DNA from: a virus
Taxonomy: Duplodnaviria > Caudoviricetes
Direction: 5' to 3' (one strand)
Virus record (IMG/VR): IMGVR_UViG_3300047290_000194
Span: 1 to 31,332 of that record
Length of the DNA: 31,332 nt
This document shows positions 16,829-24,730 of the stretch, one piece after another. The position numbers were made by a program, and so were the translations under genes. Within the stretch, counting starts at the first letter, position 1. Every line of letters begins with the position of its first letter. The notes under the pieces are model-generated. The model was not told the origin of the DNA, ran no database searches, and saw only the letters and a list, made by a program, of their open reading frames with translations.

Positions 16829-17056
16829 ATGGGTATCCGCGTATTCGAAAATCGGGACAGGCTGCTGGAACTGGGATTTCACGTCGTGGAAGTGCCCTGG
16901 AACCAAGGATGGCTGGCCGGGATGAATCCCGTGGACTCCTGGTGCCAGCAGCATCTCCAGGGTGAATACGATGTCCGGATGCATCGGTCGCGTCAGCTCA
17001 CCGGGTTTTTTCGCTCCGATGCCGATGCCATGCTGTTCAAGTTGAAGTGGTCATAA
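16829..17056 (+). CDS. Small protein of a WC...F..(E/D).D...F.L(K/R)W family
   Basis: SWCQQHL...FFRSDADAMLFKLKWS. Confidence 0.75.
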   Translation: MGIRVFENRDRLLELGFHVVEVPWNQGWLAGMNPVDSWCQQHLQGEYDVRMHRSRQLTGFFRSDADAMLFKLKWS

Positions 17057-17065
17057 GGATTGTAG

Positions 17066-17233
17066 ATGGTTTATAAGGCCAAGATGCCCCGAGCTTGGGC
17101 TAGGATGGAATGGTGCCGGCAGACTTTTGGACCACCCGTAAAAGGTGGTAACTGGTGGCGGCATCGCGGACATCTTTATTTCCGCGAAGAACGGGATTAT
17201 GCGTTCTATCTTTTGAGATGGATCTCCGAATGA
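17066..17233 (+). CDS. 55-aa paralog of the same family (not in track)
   Basis: MVYKAKMPRAWARMEWCRQTFGPPVKGGNWWRHRGHLYFREERDYAFYLLRWISE. AAGGA RBS. Confidence 0.75.
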   Translation: MVYKAKMPRAWARMEWCRQTFGPPVKGGNWWRHRGHLYFREERDYAFYLLRWISE

Positions 17234-17243
17234 GTCAAGATGG

Positions 17244-17284
17244 TTGACAAGAAACCGCTGATAAGCTATACTAGCGGCTAAATA
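17244..17284 (+). promoter_or_regulatory. sigma70 promoter plus downstream TAAATA late-type hexamer
   Basis: TTGACA-17-TATACT (17244-17272) and TAAATA (17279-17284). Confidence 0.8.
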
Positions 17285-17287
17285 AAC

Positions 17288-17336
17288 ATGCAGGTGGGAT
17301 AGACCCACCCCGCATCAACCCTATAGGAGTTATAGG
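17288..17336 (+). ncRNA. Candidate cis-regulatory leader RNA (GAUAGA hairpin + GGAGU-loop hairpin)
   Basis: GGTGGG-ATAGA-CCCACC, then CCTATA-GGAGT-TATAGG just before the ATG. Confidence 0.6.
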
Positions 17337-17339
17337 ACC

Positions 17340-18377
17340 ATGAAGAAATACGATCTAGCAGTGGTGATCGGACGTTTCCAACCCGTTCACAACGCCCACG
17401 TGGAAATGCTTCGACGTGCCGGCGAGCAAGCCAATCGAGTAGTAATCATCGTGGGCAGCGCCAACCGTCCGCGCACCTTCAAAAACCCCTGGCTCAGCCG
17501 CGAACGTGCAGCCATGCTGATCGAAGCTGTGGCGCCGCTTCAGAAAACCACCGGGGCCACCTACCACATCGAACACAACATCGACACCATCTACAATGAC
17601 CAGGCCTGGGTGGTGCGAGTGCAAGAACTGGTGGGCCGGCATTGCCAAGAGGGTGACCGTGTGGCCCTGTTTGGTCACAAGAAAGATTCCAGCAGCTTCT
17701 ATCTCAATATGTTCCCGCAGTGGCAATTCGTGCCCCAGGATCTAATTGAAAACCTCAACGCCACTGAGATTCGCAAGATCTACTTTACCCCGGATCTGTG
17801 CAACCTCAACTGGTTCCGCGGCGTGGTACCCGAAAGCACCGTGGCATATCTGCGCTGGTTCAAAGACTCACCCGAATACAACCAAGTGGTTCGCGAGAAG
17901 GAATTCTTAGAGAAGTACAAGCAGCAGCAGGCTGCCTATCCCTACCCCATCATCTTCGTCACTGCCGATGCGGTGGTCATACAGAGCGGTCACGTGCTCA
18001 TGGTCAAGCGCGGTGCCGACCCCGGCAATGGGCTCTGGGCCTTGCCCGGCGGCTTTGTAGATGCGGTGGGTGATCGCACCATGGAAGATGCTGCCCTGCG
18101 CGAACTCCGCGAAGAGACTGGTATCAAGGTTCCGGAAAAGGTCTTGCGTGGCAGCATCGTGGGCAACCGGGTGTTTGACTCCCCGGATCGCAGCCAGCGT
18201 GGTCGCACCATCACCCATGCGTTCCACATCAGCCTGCAAGAAGGTGAATGGAACCTACCCAAAGTAAAAGGTGCCGACGACGCAGAACGGGCGCAGTGGA
18301 TTCCCATCAGCCAGCTCAAGAGCGAAGTGATCTTTGAAGATCACTACGACATCATCATGCACTTTTTGGGCAAGTAG
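17340..18377 (+). CDS. nadM: Bifunctional NMN adenylyltransferase / Nudix ADP-ribose pyrophosphatase (NadM-Nudix, NatV-like)
   Basis: GRFQPVHNAH, GSAN, KNPW, GHKKDSSSFYL, NATEIR; Nudix box GG...AALRELREETG; GADDA; FEDH. Confidence 0.95.
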   Translation: MKKYDLAVVIGRFQPVHNAHVEMLRRAGEQANRVVIIVGSANRPRTFKNPWLSRERAAMLIEAVAPLQKTTGATYHIEHNIDTIYNDQAWVVRVQELVGRHCQEGDRVALFGHKKDSSSFYLNMFPQWQFVPQDLIENLNATEIRKIYFTPDLCNLNWFRGVVPESTVAYLRWFKDSPEYNQVVREKEFLEKYKQQQAAYPYPIIFVTADAVVIQSGHVLMVKRGADPGNGLWALPGGFVDAVGDRTMEDAALRELREETGIKVPEKVLRGSIVGNRVFDSPDRSQRGRTITHAFHISLQEGEWNLPKVKGADDAERAQWIPISQLKSEVIFEDHYDIIMHFLGK

Positions 18378-18383
18378 CAGCAG

Positions 18384-18412
18384 TTGACCTGTTATGGCAA
18401 GGGTGCTATAAT
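18384..18412 (+). promoter_or_regulatory. sigma70 promoter with extended -10
   Basis: TTGACC-17-TATAAT, TGn, followed by GGTATAGT. Confidence 0.85.
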
Positions 18413-18430
18413 AAGGTATAGTAGCAAAAA

Positions 18431-18473
18431 GTCCCGGCGATAGAGCTGGGCACATTTGATAAGGAGTTTATCA
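18431..18473 (+). ncRNA. Second copy of the candidate leader RNA
   Basis: CCCGGC-GATAGA-GCTGGG (one G.U pair), then TGATAA-GGAGT-TTATCA, which includes the A of the ATG. Confidence 0.6.
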
Positions 18474-19852
18474 TGAAATTGGCAAAAAACATCATCCTCA
18501 ATACTGACAGCTACAAGTGCAGTCAGTGGCAGCAATATCCTGCTGGTACCGAACGCATCTACAGCTACATCGAATCGCGTGGTGGACGCTGGAAAGAAAC
18601 TGTGTTCTTTGGTCTCCAAGCATTCCTGCGTGAATATCTGTCCGAACCTATTACGATGGCGGACATCGACATCGCGGAAAAAATCATCACCGCACACGGC
18701 GAACCCTTCAACCGTGCGGGCTGGGAATATATCGTCAAGCAACATGGCGGAAAACTGCCGGTAGAGATCCGCGCAGTGCCGGAAGGTACCGTGATCGAAA
18801 CCCAAAACGTCTTGGTCACGATCGTCAACACTGACCCTGAGTGCTACTGGCTTACCAGCTACTTGGAAACTGCCCTGCTCCGCGCAGTGTGGTATCCTAC
18901 CACTGTGGCCACCAACAGCTATTCCAGTAAACAAATCATCCAGCGTGGTCTTGAAGAAACCGGTGACCCGTCGCAGATCAGCTTCAAGCTGCATGACTTC
19001 GGTGCGCGTGGCGTATCCAGCCAAGAAAGTGCTGCTCTTGGTGGTGCTGCTCACTTGATCAACTTCATGGGCACTGACACTATGGCTGGTATCCTTGCTG
19101 CCATGGAATACTACGATGCCGAAGTTTGTGGTTTTTCGATCCCTGCCATGGAACACAGCACGGTGACTTCGTGGGGTCGTGAAAACGAAGTGGAGGCCTA
19201 CCGCAACATGCTGAGCAAGTATGCCAAACCTGGTGCGCTTTTGGCCTGTGTCAGCGACAGCTACGACATCTACAACGCCTGTAAGCTCTGGGGTACCGAG
19301 CTCAAGCAACAGGTCATTGACTCAGGTGCTATGGTAGTGATCCGTCCGGACTCGGGCGATCCTGCCACGGTGGTGGTCAAGTGTGCGCGTATCCTGGACG
19401 AACACTTTGGTCACACGCTCAACGACAAGCGGTACCGTGTGCTCAACAACGTGCGCATCATCCAGGGCGATGGCATCGATGACGTCACTATCCGTGGTAT
19501 CCTGTTGGCACTGCAAATGGCTGGATACAGCGCCGACAACGTGGCGTTTGGTCAGGGTGGTGCCTTGCTGCAACAGGTCAATCGTGACACGCTCAAGTTC
19601 GCTATGAAGTGTTCGGCTGCATACATCAATGGTGCTTGGCGCGATGTTTACAAGGATCCGGTTACGGATTCGGGCAAACGCAGCAAGCGTGGTCGCCTGC
19701 AATTGATCCGCGAACAGGGTGGCGAGTTCCAGACTGTAAGTTACTCTGAAAGCCAAGCCAGCAAGGATCAGCTGCAAGTGGTGTATCGCAATGGTGAGCT
19801 TGTGAACCAAACCACGTTCCAAGCCGTGCGCGATCGCGCAGCCCAGGGCTAA
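18473..19852 (+). CDS. nadV: Nicotinamide phosphoribosyltransferase (NAMPT)
   Basis: TDSYK, YSYIESRGG, LHDFGARG, GTDT, SIPAMEHS, VSDSYD, IRPDSGDP, IIQGDGI, RDTLKFAMK, KDPVTD.GK.SK.G. Confidence 0.97.
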   Translation: MKLAKNIILNTDSYKCSQWQQYPAGTERIYSYIESRGGRWKETVFFGLQAFLREYLSEPITMADIDIAEKIITAHGEPFNRAGWEYIVKQHGGKLPVEIRAVPEGTVIETQNVLVTIVNTDPECYWLTSYLETALLRAVWYPTTVATNSYSSKQIIQRGLEETGDPSQISFKLHDFGARGVSSQESAALGGAAHLINFMGTDTMAGILAAMEYYDAEVCGFSIPAMEHSTVTSWGRENEVEAYRNMLSKYAKPGALLACVSDSYDIYNACKLWGTELKQQVIDSGAMVVIRPDSGDPATVVVKCARILDEHFGHTLNDKRYRVLNNVRIIQGDGIDDVTIRGILLALQMAGYSADNVAFGQGGALLQQVNRDTLKFAMKCSAAYINGAWRDVYKDPVTDSGKRSKRGRLQLIREQGGEFQTVSYSESQASKDQLQVVYRNGELVNQTTFQAVRDRAAQG

Positions 19853-19858
19853 TCCACA

Positions 19859-19880
19859 GGGGTGGGAGCGATCCCACCCC
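19859..19880 (+). terminator. 9-bp hairpin with GNRA loop after nadV
   Basis: GGGGTGGGA-GCGA-TCCCACCCC, no U tract. Confidence 0.55.
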
Positions 19881-19893
19881 ACACGAGAATGAC

Positions 19894-20163
19894 ATGAAAT
19901 ACCGAGTTATCCAACGCAATAAGAATTTCGAGCTGCGCGAAGAGCAGGTGCGTGGTCAGAACAGCAAGAAGACCCGGCGCATGTATCGCCTACGCTACCT
20001 GGGCTGGGTCACTCCTGATGTGATCGAACGCATGAACCGCCTGATCGATCCCGATGCCAATCGGGGCATCAGGCATCTCAAACGTTTTCGATCGCATGAG
20101 CGTGCTTTGCAGGCGTTTATGACATTGACTCTGGCTTGGCCCGTTGACAAGTCCCAAAACTGA
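19894..20163 (+). CDS. Basic hypothetical protein
   Basis: 89 aa. The C-terminal F......AFMTLTLAW loosely resembles the 16829/17066 family. Confidence 0.65.
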   Translation: MKYRVIQRNKNFELREEQVRGQNSKKTRRMYRLRYLGWVTPDVIERMNRLIDPDANRGIRHLKRFRSHERALQAFMTLTLAWPVDKSQN

Positions 20164-20172
20164 TCATAAAAT
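20144..20172 (+). promoter_or_regulatory. sigma70 promoter (leaderless transcript likely)
   Basis: TTGACA-17-TAAAAT, with the ATG 6 nt after the -10. Confidence 0.75.
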
Positions 20173-20178
20173 CATCAT

Positions 20179-20361
20179 ATGAATACCTGGATCTTGATCT
20201 TAGTGCTCAACTACACCCAACCCTTGGCACCTGTGGTCATACAGGGTTTTGCCACAGAAGCTGACTGTCAAGCCACCGCTGATCAACTACACGAGAGGCC
20301 CGTTCGCCTGGCACCTGCCGTTGTCACGGTTTGTGTGCCCGCTAAAATCGCAGCTAAGTAA
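20179..20361 (+). CDS. Small protein with hydrophobic N-terminus and two Cys
   Basis: MNTWILILVL...FATEADCQ...CVP. Confidence 0.65.
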   Translation: MNTWILILVLNYTQPLAPVVIQGFATEADCQATADQLHERPVRLAPAVVTVCVPAKIAAK

Positions 20362-20378
20362 GGCATAAGGAGATTTCT

Positions 20379-21641
20379 ATGCCCACTGTGCTTCGAACCC
20401 AACGCTACTCAGCTGACACCGCTATAGGCAGCTTTCATCCACCCCGCCGCACTCTCATGGGTCCGGGACCTACTGAAATCCATCCCCGTGTGCTGACCAC
20501 CATGAGCCAACCAGCTGTGGGGTATCTTGACCCGGTTTTCGTGGTCATGATGGAAGAGCTCAAGAGCCTGCTGCGCTATGCTTATCAAACACAAAACCCC
20601 CTGACTTTTCCTGTGTCGGGACCGGGATCTGTGGGAATGGAGTACTGTTTTGTCAACATGGTGGCGCCCGGCGATCGCACGATAGTGTGCCGCAACGGTG
20701 TTTTTGGTGGTCGCATGATTGAAAACGTGTTGCGTGTGGGCGGGCAACCAGTGGTAGTGGAAGCTGAATGGGGTCAGCCCATAGATCCGCAACGACTGGA
20801 AGATGCCCTGCGCGCCAACCCCGATGTGCGAGTGGTAGCTTTCGTACACGCCGAGACCAGCACCGGCGTGTTGAGCGACGCGGCCAGTTTGGTCGAAGTG
20901 GCTCACTCACACGGAGCCATGACCATCGTGGACTGCGTGACCAGCCTAGCTGGATCTCCGGTCTTGGTGGATGAATGGGGCATAGATGCTGCCTACTCCG
21001 CCAGTCAAAAGTGCCTGAGCTGCACACCGGGGCTGAGCCCCGTGACCTTCAGCGATCGAGTAGTAGACCACGTGAAGTCACGCAAGGACAAGATCCGCAG
21101 CTGGTTTATGGACATGAATCTCTTGCTGGGCTACTGGGGCGAGACCACCCGTACCTATCATCATACCGCACCCACCAACAGCCTGTTCGCCCTGCATGAA
21201 GCTCTGGTTTTGCTGGCCGAAGAAGGTCTAGACCAAGCCTGGGCCCGTGTGCGCAGAGATCACACTGCGCTCAAGGCCGGGCTAGAAGCCATGGGTCTCA
21301 AATTTTTGGTAGACCCGCAGTATCAGATCCCCCAGATGAACGCGGTATTGTGCCCCCAAGGAGTCAACGAAGCTGAAGTGCGGCAACGACTCTTGCGTGA
21401 CTTTGGTCTTGAAATTGGTGCGGGATTGGGACCACTGGCTGGCAAGATCTGGCGCTTTGGTCTCATGGGCTACTCATGTCGCCCGGCCAATGTGATGCTG
21501 TGCCTGTCTGCTCTGGGTTCGGTCCTGGAAGACATGGGTCATCCGGTACATGTGGGCGACGCCGAGGCCGCTGCTCATGCGGCCTATGCCAAACTGCAAT
21601 TGGAAGAAGTACAGAATCATTATCGCCGCATGGCAATCTAA
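20379..21641 (+). CDS. Alanine/serine-glyoxylate aminotransferase (class V PLP)
   Basis: LMGPGP, SGPGSVGME, VHAETSTGV, VDCVTSL, SASQKCL (PLP Lys), YHHTAP, IWRFGLMG. Confidence 0.93.
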   Translation: MPTVLRTQRYSADTAIGSFHPPRRTLMGPGPTEIHPRVLTTMSQPAVGYLDPVFVVMMEELKSLLRYAYQTQNPLTFPVSGPGSVGMEYCFVNMVAPGDRTIVCRNGVFGGRMIENVLRVGGQPVVVEAEWGQPIDPQRLEDALRANPDVRVVAFVHAETSTGVLSDAASLVEVAHSHGAMTIVDCVTSLAGSPVLVDEWGIDAAYSASQKCLSCTPGLSPVTFSDRVVDHVKSRKDKIRSWFMDMNLLLGYWGETTRTYHHTAPTNSLFALHEALVLLAEEGLDQAWARVRRDHTALKAGLEAMGLKFLVDPQYQIPQMNAVLCPQGVNEAEVRQRLLRDFGLEIGAGLGPLAGKIWRFGLMGYSCRPANVMLCLSALGSVLEDMGHPVHVGDAEAAAHAAYAKLQLEEVQNHYRRMAI

Positions 21642-21663
21642 TTGATCAGTTGGTCCAATATCA

Positions 21664-21731
21664 TTGACAAACGCCGCTGATCACTGTAGCATAGTCTATG
21701 CAGTGATTTGCGGTGTTTTGGCCTATAAATA
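21664..21731 (+). promoter_or_regulatory. Promoter region with long inverted repeat and TATAAATA late-type promoter
   Basis: TTGACA-17-TAGCAT, inverted repeat 21669-21718, TATAAATA 21724-21731. Confidence 0.7.
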
Positions 21732-21737
21732 TTTGAT

Positions 21738-23207
21738 ATGATATTGACCATGCTCATGTTCGTGGTCGCCCTGTGTCTCAGCTCAGTGGCGGCCTTTTAT
21801 TCCATAGTGGGGCTGACCGCCATATTCGCCGCGGCTGTGGTACCCATCGTGATCATGGGCTCCTTTTTGGAAGTGGCCAAACTGGTTGTCACGGTATGGC
21901 TGCACGAATACTGGCGCCAATGCCGTTGGGTCATGAAACTGTATTTGGTGCCTGCTGTGGGTGTGCTCATGCTCTTGACCAGCATGGGCATATTTGGATT
22001 TCTCAGCAAGGCTCATCTGGACCAGGCCGTGCCCACCGGAGATGTGGCCGCGCAGGTGGCCCTGATAGATGAGAAAATCAAAACCCAGCGTGATAATGTG
22101 GAAGCTGCCCGTCGTGCCCTGGCCCAGATGGATGCTCAGGTGGATCAGCGACTGAGCCGCAGCGACGATGACAAAGGCGCCGAACGTGCGGTACAGATAC
22201 GCCGAGCCCAGGCTCGCGAGCGCCAGCAACTACAGGCCGACATAGCCGAGGCACAGAAACGCATAGCGGCTCTGAACGAAGAACGTGCACCCGTAGCCAG
22301 CCAGCTGCGCCGAGTTGAGGCCGAAGTGGGTCCTATCAAATACATAGCGGCCCTGATCTACGGTGACAATCCCGATGCCAATCTGCTGGAACGTGCGGTG
22401 CGCTGGGTGATCATAGTGTTGGTGGCGGTGTTTGACCCCTTGGCCGTGATCATGCTCCTAGCAGCCACAGAAAGCCTGACCTGGGAGCGCCGGGCACGCC
22501 GTGAGGCAGCACCCACACAAGAACCAGACGCTGTGCAGCAACCACCCGAGGATCCACCCGGAAAACCCTGCCCCAAGTGTGCCACGCCCATGCTGGACGC
22601 GCCAGGTATAGGACCATTCTGCCCCAACAAAGCCTGTGACGTGTTAGACGGGCCCGATCTCTATCCAGAACAGCAGCAGACCGCCCGGGAACCATGGCGG
22701 AATCCGCCCATAGTGCCCTACCAGATCCTGGATGAAAACCCAGTTGACATTCCCGATGGTCACATCCTGCGCGACGATGATCCCGAGGACGAGCAGAACC
22801 CACGTGTCAAACAGGCCATGGCCCTGTGGAAAAGCCAGAATCCCGGTAAAACGCTCAAAGAGCAGAGAGCTCTGCTGCGAGCGGGCAAGATCGATCACTT
22901 GCCCTGGTTGGCGCTGCTGGATCAACTGCCACCGCGATTCAGTTTTGGGGATGATGCACCTCCTGAACCACACAAAGGAGACATGTGGATCAATACCCAA
23001 CCTAGGCCCCACCATGTGTGCAAGTGGAATGGCGATCAGTGGCTACAGGTTGACAAAGACCAAAACACCTCATATACTCAAGAACTGCCATACATAGACT
23101 ATCTCATACAACAACTGCATCAATCACGCTATGAAAGTGCATGGCTGACTGACGCAGAGGCCGATGCTATTACCAATCGTGTTGACACCCAACGGGACAC
23201 CCAATGA
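21738..23207 (+). CDS. Multi-TM coiled-coil membrane protein of large myoviruses, with CxxC insert
   Basis: Three N-terminal TMs ending GFLSKAH, a coiled coil, EVGPIKYIA, TM VFDPLAV, then CPKC...CPNKAC. Confidence 0.8.
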   Translation: MILTMLMFVVALCLSSVAAFYSIVGLTAIFAAAVVPIVIMGSFLEVAKLVVTVWLHEYWRQCRWVMKLYLVPAVGVLMLLTSMGIFGFLSKAHLDQAVPTGDVAAQVALIDEKIKTQRDNVEAARRALAQMDAQVDQRLSRSDDDKGAERAVQIRRAQARERQQLQADIAEAQKRIAALNEERAPVASQLRRVEAEVGPIKYIAALIYGDNPDANLLERAVRWVIIVLVAVFDPLAVIMLLAATESLTWERRARREAAPTQEPDAVQQPPEDPPGKPCPKCATPMLDAPGIGPFCPNKACDVLDGPDLYPEQQQTAREPWRNPPIVPYQILDENPVDIPDGHILRDDDPEDEQNPRVKQAMALWKSQNPGKTLKEQRALLRAGKIDHLPWLALLDQLPPRFSFGDDAPPEPHKGDMWINTQPRPHHVCKWNGDQWLQVDKDQNTSYTQELPYIDYLIQQLHQSRYESAWLTDAEADAITNRVDTQRDTQ

Positions 23208-24394
23208 CAGCTGAACAGACTTGTAGTTTTTGCGGCAAACCCAAAGGTACCGTGGCCCGTTTGATCGTGAGCGAGACGGTGGCCATCTGCAATGAGTGTG
23301 TGAGTTTGTGCGACACCCTGCTGGTGCAAGATCAGCAACAGGACACCGAAGTCAAGACCCAACTGGATCCTGTGGCCATCAAAGAATATCTGGATCAATA
23401 TGTGATAGGTCAAGAGCGAGCCAAGATGGTGTTGGCCGTGGCCATCGTGAATCACTACAAACGTATCAACAATCCCACCATCTGCGTGGAAAAAAGCAAC
23501 ATCCTGCTGATCGGTCCAACTGGATCGGGCAAAACACTGTTGGCACGCACGGTGGCCAAGTATCTAGACGTACCTTTTGTGATAGCCGACGCTACCAGCC
23601 TAACCGAAGCGGGCTACGTGGGTGATGACGTTGAGAGCCTGATCAGTAGACTCTATGCCGCGGCCGACTATGATGTCAACCGCTGTCAGCGGGGCATCGT
23701 GTTCATCGACGAAATCGACAAGATCACTCGCAAGAGCGAAAGCGCCAGTATCACCCGGGACGTGTCGGGCGAGGGCGTGCAACAGGCCCTGCTCAAACTG
23801 GTAGAAGGTACCAAGTGCAGGGTAGTGCCCCAGGGTGGTCGCAAACATCCCCAGGGCGACACAGTGGAGATTGATACCACCAACATCCTGTTCATGGCAG
23901 GTGGCGCCTTTATAGGTTTAGACAATCTGATCAAACGCAGAGTCCGGGGAACCAGCATGGGATTCGGCGCCAAAGTCAATGACAATCAGCGCGAAGACTA
24001 CCTGGCCAGTACCAATCCCGAAGATATCATTAGCTACGGTATGATCCCAGAGTTCGTGGGTCGCTTCCCCACTTGGGTCAGCCTGGCTGAACTGTCACGC
24101 CAAGAGCTGATAGAAATACTGATGCAGGTCAAAAACAGCTACATCGACCAATATCGTTGGTTGTTTGAGCAAGATGAAGTTGAGCTGGAGTTCAGCCAGC
24201 CGGCCCTGGAGCAGGTGGCCGACAACGCAATCCTCAACCGAACTGGTGCACGTGGTCTGCACAGCGAGTTGGAAAAGGTGCTCATGCCCCACATGTATCA
24301 GTTGGCCCGATATCGCAAGCAGGGCATAAAACGTGTGACCATCGACATCGATCTCGTAAATACCCCCAAGGAGTTGAAACAAGCCAATGCATAA
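23204..24394 (+). CDS. clpX: ClpX ATP-dependent unfoldase
   Basis: CSFCGK/ICNEC zinc domain, [47 protein letters not shown] loop, GARGL. Confidence 0.97.
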   Translation: MTAEQTCSFCGKPKGTVARLIVSETVAICNECVSLCDTLLVQDQQQDTEVKTQLDPVAIKEYLDQYVIGQERAKMVLAVAIVNHYKRINNPTICVEKSNILLIGPTGSGKTLLARTVAKYLDVPFVIADATSLTEAGYVGDDVESLISRLYAAADYDVNRCQRGIVFIDEIDKITRKSESASITRDVSGEGVQQALLKLVEGTKCRVVPQGGRKHPQGDTVEIDTTNILFMAGGAFIGLDNLIKRRVRGTSMGFGAKVNDNQREDYLASTNPEDIISYGMIPEFVGRFPTWVSLAELSRQELIEILMQVKNSYIDQYRWLFEQDEVELEFSQPALEQVADNAILNRTGARGLHSELEKVLMPHMYQLARYRKQGIKRVTIDIDLVNTPKELKQANA

Positions 24395-24611
24395 AGTCCA
24401 AGGCAATACCGTGTACGTAACTGATGGTAACTTTGAAAAAGCCATCCGTAAATTCAAGAAAAAAGTGCAGACCAGCGGCGTCCTCCAGGATCTGCGCGAC
24501 AAAGAGTGCTATATCAAACCCACCACCCGGCGCAAGATCAAGGCCGCAGCCGCTAGAGCTCGCTGGCGCAAGCAATTGAAATCCCAGCAGCTACCGGTCA
24601 AACCCTACTGA
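24387..24611 (+). CDS. rpsU: Ribosomal protein bS21
   Basis: V.V.DGNFEKAIRKFKKKV...G.LQDLR.KE.Y.KPTT.RK.K.AAA..RW.K. Confidence 0.9.
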   Translation: MHKVQGNTVYVTDGNFEKAIRKFKKKVQTSGVLQDLRDKECYIKPTTRRKIKAAAARARWRKQLKSQQLPVKPY

Positions 24612-24668
24612 CCCCGGATTTTTTGAAAGATCGGGGATTGACAGCCCTGTGATTTTGCTGTATAAATA
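24612..24668 (+). promoter_or_regulatory. Hairpin (24612-24636), then promoter TTGACA-17-TATAAA(TA)
   Basis: CCCCG...CGGGG arms; TTGACA at 24638; TATAAATA 24661-24668 is also the T4 late consensus. Confidence 0.7.
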
Positions 24669-24672
24669 CACA

Positions 24673-24730
24673 TGCAGTGCCGATGGTCGGGCTGCACAGA
24701 GTCTAACTTGCTTACTGAAAGGAGATAATT
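24673..24730 (+). ncRNA. ROSE-like RNA thermometer in the hsp20 leader
   Basis: 5' hairpin TGCAG..CCGA-TGG-TCGG.CTGCA; 3' hairpin CTTGCTT...AAGGAG with U(U/C)GCU opposite the SD. Confidence 0.7.

Noticed and set aside
17051-17308. 85-aa - strand ORF from the track
   Set aside because: It overlaps a promoter and a better + strand 55-aa ORF that has an RBS and a paralog next door.
17320-18473. GGA-loop hairpins as plain CsrA/RsmA sites
   Set aside because: Only one of the two fits ANGGA, and this would not explain the shared GAUAGA hairpin. Not fully excluded.
18392-19882. Long - strand ORFs (305 and 186 aa)
   Set aside because: Antisense shadows of nadV.
21669-21718. tRNA or other structural RNA gene in intergenic hairpins
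   Set aside because: Single stem only, with no cloverleaf or T-loop GTTC motif here or in other gaps.
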